Of a stretch of DNA of 64,000 bases, positions 30,564-41,440 are shown piece after piece. Each line of letters starts with the position of its first letter. Position 1 is the stretch's first letter. The notes beneath the pieces were generated by a model that was not told the origin of the DNA, did no database searches, and worked only from the letters and a program-made list of their open reading frames with translations. A program made the position numbers and the translations under genes. Source of the stretch: Perkinsus chesapeaki ATCC PRA-425. Taxonomy: Eukaryota > Protista > Perkinsozoa. The DNA lies in contig JAAPAO010000120.1 in NCBI GenBank assembly GCA_013115145.1, positions 6,750-70,749 of the forward strand. Reading direction: 5' to 3'.

Positions 30564-33500
30564 ATGAACGCTCATCCTGTCGCGCCGCAAGGGCCCCACA
30601 TGCCACCCTCCTCGCCGGGCCCACCGATCTCCCGGTTGGAGAGGTTCCTGCGGCTGGGCCCTCGTGGGACTGAGGTGTCAGGGCCGCGGAGTAGCGGTAG
30701 TAGCAGCAGTAGCTCAACGGCAGCGACAGCTAAGAAGGCCACGAAGGGCCAGGCCGTCAAAGACGCTCGAGCAGTGTGCCTTGGAGAGGATAATATCACT
30801 CTAGAGGATGTGGCTGAAGTTGATTCCCTGGCTGAGAATGTAATAGAGGGTGGGAAGATATGGACAACAATTGGAAACGCATTGGTGATGGGGCGTGGCA
30901 GGTTGACAGCCCCGAATCCATGTGGCGCTATCTGGAGCTACTATTCCTGCCCCAAGACAGGCGGATGGCTCAGCTACTACGGGAATGGCTTAGAGGAGGA
31001 GCGGGCCCTGAGCCCATGGACGGGGATTCTAGTGAGGATGGTACTGGAGAGCTGCTGGGGTCTGACCATTACGTTGGCCTTTCAGTGGCAATGAGTGGCA
31101 TCCAGTCGCAGCCGGCGCTGCTGCCCGAGTTAGCAAGGGCCGAGAAGGCCATGGCCCAGTCTTCTACGGTAGTGTGGCATGGATGGTGGGGCGGTGGCGG
31201 AACTGAGCATATCAGATTCACTACAGCTGGGACTGGGCTTTAGAGGATGCAATAGCTCCCAGAGAGCAAGCATTGGGGGTAACTCAACTGCTACGATGGT
31301 GCTGCTTGGTACACGGTGTATAGGTTTACGCAAGGTTAGGGATACCACCACCTAGGGATCTTAAGGAGTTGAAGAAGAGCTTTCCTCGTGTTCAACTAGC
31401 AGGACCAGATCACACCTTCGACGTTAGGCTGTCTGATAGGCCAATACGGACCAGACGTTTGCCTACCGCTCCCTTCTCCTACTCACCGTTACTGTAAGGC
31501 TTTGATGCAACTGTCGAATGGCAGTGGCTTGCCTTCAGATCTCCCTATCTCTCCAATCCTCTATTACAGCCTCCTCCACCCCTACCGACCCTCCTCACAA
31601 CATCTGTGTCCTCCTCCTCCTCCTCTGACTGCATAACCGACCAAACGCTTGCAGCTGGTGGAGTAGCATATGTACCGCCGGAGTCAGGCCCACAGTTGTT
31701 CTCGGAGCCGGCCCGGGCTCGGTCGTCCAGCGACGAATCGGTGAGTGTCGGCAGCAATGTCGTTGAAGCTATCTTGGTTCGGCAGTCCGATTTCGCTCCA
31801 GCCAGGCATCGCTCACATAGACTTGGAGACAGCACATTCAGGCAGCTCTACGAGGACCTTAAGTCAACCTACACGGTATCTTTATAGCTTGCTTTCGTGG
31901 CATATCTTTTGGTCTCCAGGAGAACCGTGAGCTAGGCCGGTATATATTGCGCAACATCATGGCGAATGTGGAGACCGAGGAGGAACGAGGGCAGGCTACA
32001 CGGGCCTTTATGAGGACGTTATCAGAAGCAGCGGGGCATCATGTTATGAGACTCGAGTGAGCACAGTTGCGAACAGGCGTATCTTAGGTTGGAGTGTGCA
32101 TTTAAGGTATGACCATTGGATAGATAGCGTTGATGAGCTATTCCCTGCACCACCTCAAGACTGGCCAAAATACGATGGCAAGCTACTCGTAGTCTTCGAC
32201 GACTGCATCACCAAGATTCGGGCCAGGGCGATCGACCGGAATGTTGTTGTGGGGTAGGGGTGGCTCAAGGCCCATCCTCCCTCCCTCTCGGTCATCTGTC
32301 TCACTAGGTATCTCCGAGATCGCCAGCAGCGGTTCATGACTGGCTATGACGACGTGCAGCAGTTCTCTCTGACTACACGGCCTTTGAGGAGCCATGACCT
32401 GCCCTCTGAGGTTGAAGATGATGTTAGTGTCCCAAGTTGCAGTGACGAGACTCTGGAGGGCCTCCCGGACCTACCACAGATTGGTACGGCAAGCCACCTT
32501 TGAAGGAATGTCTTTGCTTTTGTCAGGTCCGTTCTGCCACATTTGCCGGCGGTCCGCTAAGGCGGTAGCTGCTGGAGCCGCCGATGCAGCGAGGAAGGAG
32601 GCCCTGGGTCTGCCACCCACTAGTAGGAACCTGTCCCGTAGCGGCGGCCAACAAATTCCCCCGTTCAGGCTTGATAAATGTGGATGCGCGGCAGAGATCT
32701 CAGATGGCAGTCTGCAGTGGAGTCCTTGATGATGCCTTCGAAGGTAATGTCGCCATCTCTACGCCGGCGATCAGTCCTCCGCCGCAGGTTGGCCGGGCAC
32801 CACTCCTTGCCACAGACGTTTCTGTCACACCTGTCTGGTTTTGTACAGTCACCAAGCCCCTATTGAAGGTAAGGGAATGTCGATGGTCGCTGTGAAGGAT
32901 TGCTCTCAGGGAAGCCGTGGAAGTGTCCAGTTTGCACGAAGTCTTGCTCTTGTGAACGGTGTACTCGGGCCCATTACATTAAAGAAATTCGAGCCTTTGC
33001 TCTTGCGTGAGAGAACCGATTGGATTCTGACTCGACGGTAGCGTTCCGTGTTTAGGAACCTGGGCACTGGGAGGCTGCGAGACCTGATAAGTCGGCCAGC
33101 GGACGAACCACGGGAGAAGTGGAAGCCTGGTTTTCCCGTGCCGTGGCCACAGTTCATGAAGATGGCCCCAGACAGTAGGGATGTCGATCCCTGATCCGAT
33201 GATTGAATCGTATACTGCATCCCCGTCCAGGTAGCTTTATAATTCAACCTGACGCCGAGGTCCACCGGCAAGCTCTGGAGATCGAGAGCGCACTCGCCCG
33301 CAAGGAGCTTCATAAGGCTGCTGGGGCAGCGGCCAAGGCCATGAAGGATTATACTCCACGAATGTCCACACGGTCGAGTCATGGCCGACAGAAACAAAGT
33401 GGTGGGGTCTGGAAGCGGTGACTCTGGTGTATCTCACACTTAGGCCGGTCGAATGCCTCCAAGGCTGCAGTAGCCTCCCCAGCAGCCACATCTAGAAGCG

Positions 33501-34295
33501 CTGAGACTCCACCTTCGCTGGAGCTACACTCTCCTGAAGATGTCGCCGCTGCATTCCTCAGAGTGCTGCTGTATTTCGGCTAACCATCATGTTTATTGTT
33601 TGTTGGTGTTCAGGAACTGGTGCCACAGGGAGCCGGACCAACATCAACCGAGAAGCTGCTCGTGCTGCGGAAAGCTGTGGAGCGTCTCAGGGATGTACAG
33701 AAATTGCGGTAGGCCTCCGAAGCCGTAGAAGACACAGATAGATACTCTCTCTAGGTTAGAGGCAGTCGACCTGCTGAGCCAGCGAGAGTCGACCCTAGCA
33801 GCATCGCTGGAAGGTTCTGGCCCTCAAGTCCTCGCGCGGTCACTGCTACACCCGACGCCTGACTGGCTTCCTACTGATGACCTCTGCATTAAGGATGATG
33901 ACTTGGCGGATGAGTTCATTACGGCACTACATCGGGTCCTGCCCGAGAAGCGTTTGCGTCAAGAGGTGCCAGTCGAGGACAGCGAAACCGAGATCGAAGG
34001 AGGGCCTCCGCCAGATCCCTCTCGTGCTGCACGGAATGCTGTGAAATGGCGGCGACTTACTCGGCGATGTGGAGTTCGTAAGCCTTCAAGTGTGGCCCTA
34101 CATCCCGGAAGGTCACGTACCAAAACAGCAGGCGACGAGACTGACACAGAGATGATGCCGCCAAAGCATGCATCGCGTGGGCGAGGGAGGAAGCCAGGCT
34201 CAAAGCGGTCTGCAGCTGCAGCTGCTGCTGCCACCGTGCGCAGGCCGGACAGGTTCCCTGCTGCTGTCCATTATGAGATTATGGATTTCGTATAA
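30564..34295 (+). CDS. Large multi-exon hypothetical protein
   Basis: Series of GT-AG-flanked coding frames ending ...AAVHYEIMDFV*, with a basic RGRGRKPGSKR stretch near the end. Could be more than one gene; no family recognised. Confidence 0.5.
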
Positions 34296-35116
34296 TACGC
34301 ATAGTACTGCAAGATGACACAGTCTTTTTGTTAACAATCCTACTACAACATTTGAAGCTTCATTTGTATTATTGTAAATTACGTTGGAGAAAAAATGCCA
34401 ATGCTGTGTTGTTAGTTAATGAACATTAGGACAGAAAAAGAGAGCCAATATGAGCGATTTGGTAGATGCTCCGAACTTGAGCGAGCGCGAGAGTTTCAAG
34501 TCCAACGCCGCAATTCGCCTTAGCCCAACACCAATGGACTTGAATATACAAAGGATATGAACTCTTGTTATCTTTTCCAAACTTCTGATGTACTTAGTAA
34601 TGCGTCTCAATGATGTATTGTCTTGTAGTACGCTCTACGAGCCGGAATCAATCCCTCGCTCGTCTATTTGCGTTGCCACGATTTTAAAAGGGAGTTATAC
34701 TGTGCCTTTGCGATGAGTCAACTTGAGCGGTACTGTAAAGGTTATTTATAAAATATGCACACCCACCCCAAACTCCGTTTAACGTAATATCATTGCTTGT
34801 GACATGCTTTCATGCGACTGCCAAGCATCCCGCTTGTTTTGGAAAGCACTAAGTGCTTCGAGGTACAGTTCGAGCCGGAGTCTGTTCATCACCTGTGTAT
34901 TTGTCTTGCCACACAATCCTGCGCAAGCTAGATGGTACATTTACAATTGTAACGACAATATGATTGTTGTCGGACCATATATTGTTCCAATCCTGGCTCA
35001 AGCTCGTGGTGAGAACACATACTCGATACGTATATGGTATTTGCTGGTATTATGCGATTGCCTTCCGACAGGTGCTAAGCATGTTCAATTGATAATAATC
35101 GGGCATTGTTTAAGCC

Positions 35117-35186
35117 TCAGCAATAGGAAGTTATCAATCACTTACAATCCGTTCTAACGTATGTGATATTTGATTAAGATCATCAT
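35117..35186 (-). ncRNA. Box C/D snoRNA candidate A (LSU guide)
   Basis: Minus strand: C box ATGATGA, D' CGGA, D CTGA. The D' guide is antisense to TCTAACGTATGTG (plus 35153-35165), matching the conserved LSU GAGUCUAAC region. Confidence 0.65.
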
Positions 35187-35203
35187 TGGCATCATCACGT
35201 AGG

Positions 35204-35268
35204 TCAGAGTATATTAAAGTTGTTTGAATCGATCACAGTATCATTCACTTGATAATATCTTTCATCAT
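35204..35268 (-). ncRNA. Box C/D snoRNA candidate B (SSU guide)
   Basis: C box ATGATGA, D box CTGA. The 16-nt guide is antisense to GTATATTAAAGTTGTT (plus 35209-35224), a universally conserved eukaryotic SSU segment, and lies one base from the D box. Confidence 0.85.
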
Positions 35269-35300
35269 ACCATCAATTTCGTAGGAGATCAGCCAGTAAG

Positions 35301-35354
35301 TCAGCGAGTAATCTCTTCACAATGTTCTGTGGAAAGAAGATTGCTTCGCATCAC
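35301..35354 (-). ncRNA. Box C/D snoRNA candidate C (LSU guide), paralog of D
   Basis: C box GTGATGC, D' CAGA, C' GTGAAGA, D CTGA. The D' guide is antisense to GGAAAGAAGA (LSU GGGGAAAGAAGACC). Confidence 0.7.
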
Positions 35355-35387
35355 CTCCTAGACACAATACTTTAATCAGACGGTAAG

Positions 35388-35447
35388 TCAGCGATTCAAT
35401 TCTTCACAGTAATTCTGTGGAAAGAAGAATATGTCTTATCGCATCAC
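35388..35447 (-). ncRNA. Box C/D snoRNA candidate D (LSU guide), paralog of C
   Basis: Same boxes and D' guide as candidate C; the sequence between boxes has diverged while boxes and guide are conserved. Confidence 0.7.
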
Positions 35448-35472
35448 ATCAACTTCCCCATTCAAGCATGGC

Positions 35473-35548
35473 TCAGATTTGCAGAATTCCAAAGGTGTTC
35501 TCTTCACGCGCGTGGCGTCAGAGTCTAACGTATGAAAGATGTCATCAT
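35473..35548 (-). ncRNA. Dual-guide box C/D snoRNA candidate E (5.8S + LSU)
   Basis: C ATGATGA, D' CTGA, C' GTGAAGA, D CTGA. The D guide is antisense to ATTTGCAGAATTCC (5.8S UUGCAGAAUUC region); the D' guide is antisense to AGTCTAACGTATG (LSU). Confidence 0.88.
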
Positions 35549-35671
35549 TATCATGCATCATAAACCAATCCCATTAACAAGAATGACACACAACATTAAA
35601 AACAACGACGCAACCGCGAATCAAGGTCGCAGGGAACAACCTCGCCAATGATCACGACTTGGAGAAAGCAT

Positions 35672-36357
35672 TTACTCTTCCTGGTTGATGGAGAAGTAAC
35701 GAAGCTCGTAGGTGTTCTTGTTGCTGGCGACAACCCTCAAGAAATCACGGAGGAGCTGCTTCTTCAAGTACTTCTTGGTCAAGTACTACACAAAACAAAA
35801 AATCATGCAATTAATTAAGACGCGCAATCCACACGCATTATATTCCTCTTAACGATATACCTACTAGGAAGACGCACACGACAAGCGCGGCGTTTTCCAG
35901 GGAAGATAGCCCTGGGCTCACCTTAAGATAACGCTTGGAGAAGGGGGCAGCGGCGGTCACAACAATCTTGGCCTTGCCAGTCTTGGTGACAGTGACGCTC
36001 TCACCGAGGTTACCGGTCTTGCCATCAACCTTAATGCGGTTGCGGAAGAACTCAGCCTGAAACAGGAGTAGATACAACCAAGAACTGGGGATAGATAACT
36101 ATCAATGTCCTCAACGATGCATTCAGAAAAGAATTAGTCAGCTGTGGTATAATCATCATGATCATACGGGGAAAGAATAGGTCTCATCATTATAGCATCG
36201 GCAATGTCAGGTCAAATTACGAGCAACCCGCCCCACTTACCAAAGACTCGGCGTCGATGACGTTGTCGTTGACAGGCTTCTCGCAGTCAACAACGAACTT
36301 CAAGGTCTGCTTCTCGACCTTCTTGTTGGCCTTCTTAGCGATTCCCTTAACAACCAT
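35672..36357 (-). CDS. RPL22: 60S ribosomal protein L22e (snoRNA host gene)
   Basis: Three exons: [39 protein letters not shown] / [23 protein letters not shown]...PFSKRYLK / [31 protein letters not shown]...EE*. Confidence 0.96.
36138..36190 (-). ncRNA. Intronic box C/D snoRNA candidate F in RPL22 intron 1 (LSU guide)
   Basis: Sense to RPL22 within a 180-nt intron: C ATGATGA, D' ATGA, C' ATGATGA, D CTGA. The D' guide is antisense to CGGGGAAAGAA (plus 36167-36177; LSU AGCGGGGAAAGAAG). Confidence 0.78.
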
Positions 36358-36507
36358 AGTTATTGATTCGTGGTTTGGAGTTGTCCATCCTCATAGCATA
36401 TCGCTAACGTCTTATCGATTAAGCAATCGATGAAGATTTTCATGCAGTTGCAGGAAAACTGCACGCGCATTCTCCTCGTGTTGGCCAGAGACACTTGCAC
36501 AGCTGCC

Positions 36508-38808
36508 ATGACGGACACCATTCGCATACCGGTTCGACTTTTCGTTGGCAAACTCCCGGCCGCTTGGAAGGAGCAAAATGTCCGCGATCTTTTTGAAGCG
36601 TAAGACACTCTGAAAAGTGAACGCTTGAGCGGGTGAATCACTTGTTTAGATATGGTGAGGTCCAAGAAGTAGGCCTAATTAGGTCCAAAGAATCCAGCAA
36701 GCAGCAGACAGGTAGCACATTGCTACATAAAATGGCAATATCGCTCTAGCAGTGTCTCAAGTGCTTACCACACCTCTTTTCAAAGTGTTATTAATGCACT
36801 TATTATTATTATGAACCCCGTTTAGCTCGCAAAGTGTCATTGTCGTGTACCCATCATCGCAGCTTTAAAGTGTTATTTATTAACTCGTTTGTCTTCCTTC
36901 TTTGCAGCAGCACCCAATGTGATTGTTTGTTGTTGTTCCTCCAGGCTGTGCATTTGTTAAGTTCGGTGCTGTCCATGAAGCCGCTACTGCTATCAAATCT
37001 CTTAATGGAACTTATAAAGCCGACGATGTACTACTAACAATCGACTCACTCTCTTACGACTGCTGACGGTCGTCATCATCATGATCATCACGGTATTGGT
37101 GAGCTTTCTGGTATCATTTTTATGTAAGCTCGTTATGTCTTTTCTCACAGTGTAACCGTGTATCTCGCATTCCCGCTGTTGTCAGCAGCTGATTGCCAAT
37201 CTTGTTCCTTCAGGCGTGTGGTTTTATCCAAGTGCAGTTCGCTAATGGCGAACCCGAGAGGCTTGGTCTTCCGGATGATACCGAAGGTTACTCTCAAAAG
37301 CTCTTTGTTGGCAATGTAAGCCTACAGGCTTCCGACCCAGTCAGTGCAATTTCTCAGGTCCCACCGTCCGTCAGCGATGATGAACTGAAGAAAATTTTTG
37401 AGGAGTGAGTGACGACAACTTTGATTGGTCTTTTCATCCTGATTTGCGCTAAGGCATGGCACCGTCAGCGAGGCCTACAGTCTGGAGTCGAAGCGCTCGG
37501 GAGGCAACAAGGCCGCCTTCGTGAGATTCTCTAAGAAGTCGGACGCATTGAAGGCCATCGAAGCTATGAACGACAAGTACACTTTTCCTGGGGAGCAACA
37601 TCCCATTGCAGTGAAGTGTGCGGACACCAAAGAGCAAAGGTGAGGGAAGCCTCTGGAGCCCATGAGAGGCCAGGAGTGGTACTTGCTCAGATTGGCACAC
37701 AAGCAAGAGGCCGAACAACATCGTTACCCAGGCGGCGGTGGGGATAGATCGTTCAACACCCCTGATCAGGGCAGCGGATATGACCGTATGGGTCGCATGG
37801 GAGGACCTAGAGATGGCTTTCAGACCCGAGGAGGAGGATACCAACCACCTGTAGGTTTGCGATTGACAAAGGTGCCTTCATTGGCCGCCATTTCAGCCGC
37901 CACCAATGGCAGCAGCTCAGCCAAGGCGTGCTGGGCCATGGACCGAGTACCTTAACCATCCAGATGGTCGCTACTACTACCATAACTCTCAGACGGGTCA
38001 AACACAATGGGAAGTGCCCTATGAGGTAACGAAATCTAGTGGTGATCAATCGTCATAGACTGACGCCTGTTTAGTTCCAGAACATGGGTCCCCCTCCCCC
38101 GCCCAACCCACAGCCTCAAGCTGCTGCTCCGGGGTAGCAAAGCGCCGCGTAAGCTCTTCATTTACTTCAACTTAGGTTCCAGCAAACTCCTCAAAGTAAC
38201 TTTGGTCCTGGTGGCGGCTATGGGCAGATGAACATGCCGTCCGGCGGTGGCAGCCACCAGTCTGGTAGATCACAGCACCCTCGCAACGGTCCTCCTGGAG
38301 GTATATCTCTATAGGGCATCGTGTGCCGATTTTATTCCATCTTTTCAGCCAATATCTTCGTATACAATCTTCCCAACGACTGGAAGGATGGCGACCTCGC
38401 ACGGGAGTTTGCATCCTGTGGGACGATCACAACCACCAAGTAGGGCAGCCATCCTGCTCCTCTTTCTGTCATTTTTTATTGCTAGAGTTATCGTGGATAA
38501 TTCTAACGGCCAATCTAAGGGTTACGGTTTCGTATCGTACAACGAGGTCCCCAGCGCAGTGACCGCTGTTCGGACAATGGATGGTTTCACCACTCACACT
38601 GGCAAACGGCTGAGAGTCCAGGTAATGGAGGATCAGGCAGTGCGTGGTAAACGTTATGTTGGCTTTAGATCAAGAAGGGTGAGGAAGAAGCAGCTGCACA
38701 GGTGATGGGCGTGCCAGTGAGTCAGATTGGCGGGCATTGTAAGAACCTGTTCCTTTTGGTAGCCTGGTACTCCTTCTTTCAGCGAACCGTGGATCAAATC
38801 CATATTAA
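36508..38808 (+). CDS. CELF/Bruno-like three-RRM RNA-binding protein
   Basis: RRM1 RLFVGKLP...GCAFVKF; RRM2 KLFVGNVP...AAFVRFS; long linker; RRM3 ANIFVYNLPNDW...SKGYGFVSY...RLRVQIKK; predicted end ...NRGSNPY* like CELF proteins. Confidence 0.82.
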
Positions 38809-38949
38809 TGGCCGAGTATTTTACGCCGCTTTTAGTTGATCAAGTTACGTAACCATTGCTTGTAGAATATATACCAACGATTTGAGTTCGTCATCATTTT
38901 GAGGGATGTTTGTCGAGCCACGGACTTCCCCGAAGCTTGTAGTTATAAA

Positions 38950-41262
38950 ATGTCGCGCACCTACGGCGGTGCCCCTATTGACCCTCAAGAAGAGGCAGTT
39001 CTGGTGACAGGAGCCGGAACGGTCCGCACCAACGGTCGGTATTATAAGACAGACCGAGCGAGTGTGGAAGGAGTAGCGATGTACAGAAAGGTAATAGAGG
39101 AGGGAGGTTCAAGTTGTGAAGTTATGTCCGATAGCCCGGTAGTAGTCTTGGTCTGATATATTGGGAAGATGGGAAATGGTATATAGCGGACTGTGGTGAT
39201 GAGTTTAGTCCAGCTGGAGAGGATCACCTGGATTTTTACTCTGCGGATGCTGGAGTACTCAAAGAGAAGGTCCCAACGAACGGGTAAATACAAGGCCTCC
39301 ACTGGCTTGAGCTTCTATAGAGAAAGTGCCGTATGCATAGGTGGGCCGTTGAAGAGGACGGAATGGCCCCTCCACCAAAGGTAGACTTTGGTGATGATTG
39401 CGCTGCTAAGGGAGCAGCTTCGATGCTCATGGGTAACAAAACTTCTCTTGATTCGAGCTCTTTACGAAGATGTATAGGTAAAGTGAAGGTGGATATGAGG
39501 CGAGCAGGCAATAAAGGCTCTGATGAGCTGGTCGCCGACTGTCGCTCGGCCATAGCCCTCAATCCGACCTTCGACTCTTACTTCACTTTAGCAACAGTAG
39601 GGCAGCTCTGCTGTGGAAATTCTGCAGAGTGCGGATAGATACTCGAGGGGCTGGAGAGGAAGGATGAGGCGTATGAAGCACTGGCCGAGCTCGGAGGGGC
39701 TGATTGGATTAAATACGGTGCACCGGAGAACTACTATGTTATGGAACAGCGGAAACAGGTAATGCTGGACCAATGCATTCAAGTGTACTCGTTCCGCGTA
39801 GGCTAGTGAGCTGCTGGCCAGGGTGCACGATCCGGCGAAGGAAGACGTTGCTCATCTTTGCAGGATCTTGCTTGATACAAGAATACACCGGTGGGTGGTC
39901 CGCAATCTGTAGGCATTCGTTGACGGAAAGTTTAGTTTCACCGATTACATTGTTCGAGTATCGAAAACTCTGCGAGAAATGCTAGACCAAGAAGGAGGGC
40001 ACGGCTACTATACGAGTGATGGCAGTACGAACGAGGATGACCATGAGGAAGAGGCACGAGCTAGAGAGTTCGCGAAAAGGTATATTGGTTTAATGCGGGT
40101 GTTGGGCATATTGTAGAATATGTCAGGCAGAGGGAGTTCAGGGACTGTGATGGCTTGACAGTGGCCCACAATATGCGCATGCTTTACAGGAATATTGAGA
40201 AGTTCACGTTTGATGTAGTGATCGTTGGGGGGGGCGAGTCGCTTTGTAATCGGAGCTTAGACGCGCGATTTGGCCTTGACTCGTACCAAGCTCTTTTCGG
40301 CTGCTGATGCCTTCCGAGCATTTGCCACTCCAGAGGTTCAGAGAATCGACAACAGAGGCGTTGACGCCACGTTTAAAAAGTAACCTTCGGTGATCGAACC
40401 GGGCAAGAGTTTCGGTTAGGTTTTGGCAGACAGACGTCAAGAACGACGAAAATCCTTACGAGAGTACCGAGTCCAAGTTGAAGGACACCGACCCGGAAAA
40501 AGAAGACAAATGCCCGGTCATTAAAAACATAAACGAAAGTTAGTTCAGAATCACAGCTTCTCGTTTAGAGTTCATTCTTCCAGGTGACGATATGGACTCT
40601 GAGAGAGAGCGACAGGAGACATACAGAAAGCGTTTGTGGGACAGCGGGAAACCGTGGGAGGCAATGCTTTTATTATTATCTTCGCGTGATAATATCGGTC
40701 AACTCTCGCAGGTTGGGGAAATCTCCTTGGGCACTCTCCACGCCCATGACTGTAATGCCCAGCTGAAGCTTATCTCGGTGCATGGTGTTGTCTTCGATGT
40801 CTCAGAGAATCTCGATAAGTACTATTTCCATACTTACTATTTAGCATCTTGAAGTGGTCTGTAGATACGCTCCGGATGGGGAATACTTTTTCTTCGCTGG
40901 GCGTGATATCACCTGGCCGCTGGCGACCAGTGCTCTCAATGGGGAGTACGCGGACCAATTTTATAATTTATCTCCGGAAATGCGGAAAAAGGTGCGCTGT
41001 TATGATCCGGCAATGATGATGCAATCGCAATACCGGCGTCAGGTGTATGGATGGATGGAATACTACGAGAAAAAATATAAAGTTGTGGGCTACTTGGATA
41101 AGTACCACAGCGAGGAGGCATTCCCCGAGCCACCTCCTGAAGATGAACAACCAGAAATGGAATGTAATGAGGGCGGGGGAAATCATTTACTCTTCAACGT
41201 CCATCTATACTACTCTTATGCAGAACACTTTGACGTCAACTTGTGCAGGTACGATCATGTGA
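38950..41262 (+). CDS. Multidomain protein: N-terminal beta-rich domain, TPR-like region, cytochrome b5-like heme/steroid-binding (MAPR) domain, C-terminal CaaX
   Basis: MAPR motifs LISVHGVVFDVS, YAPDGEYFFFAGRDITWPLA, WMEYYEKKYKVVGYL. TPR-like VADCRSAIALNPTFDSYFTLA. Last intron (gtaatg...tgcag) splices to give ...PEMECTIM* (TGA 41260-41262). Confidence 0.72.
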
Positions 41263-41440
41263 AAACATTTTTTAACCTTCAAGACTTCTCCAATCTCTAA
41301 TCGCGTGTGTACGTTTTTGTTATTGAATTCGATGTGAACATTACAGTGTTGCGTTTATATTAACCCAACTAAGCAGCATGTAGGAAACAAAAGAATTAAG
41401 ACGTACATCATACTATCTAATAGGCTACTACAGTAACCAT

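Noticed and set aside
34480-34560. 10-bp perfect inverted repeat TTCAAGTCCA...TGGACTTGAA downstream of the snoRNA cluster; possible H/ACA hairpin
   Set aside because: No convincing upper stem, pseudouridylation pocket or H/ACA box on the cluster strand; cannot be supported without folding and covariance search.
34994-35003. GGCTCAAG matches to the 3' end of the dinoflagellate/Perkinsus spliced leader (also near 16273 and 32263)
   Set aside because: Only 8-9 nt match, no upstream CCGTAGCCAT and no following splice donor; chance level.
34810-35010. Further snoRNA candidates: a GTGATGA C box at 34886-34892 and two small hairpins followed by ACA
   Set aside because: No canonical D box or recognisable rRNA guide; the hairpins are short and expected in AT-rich DNA.
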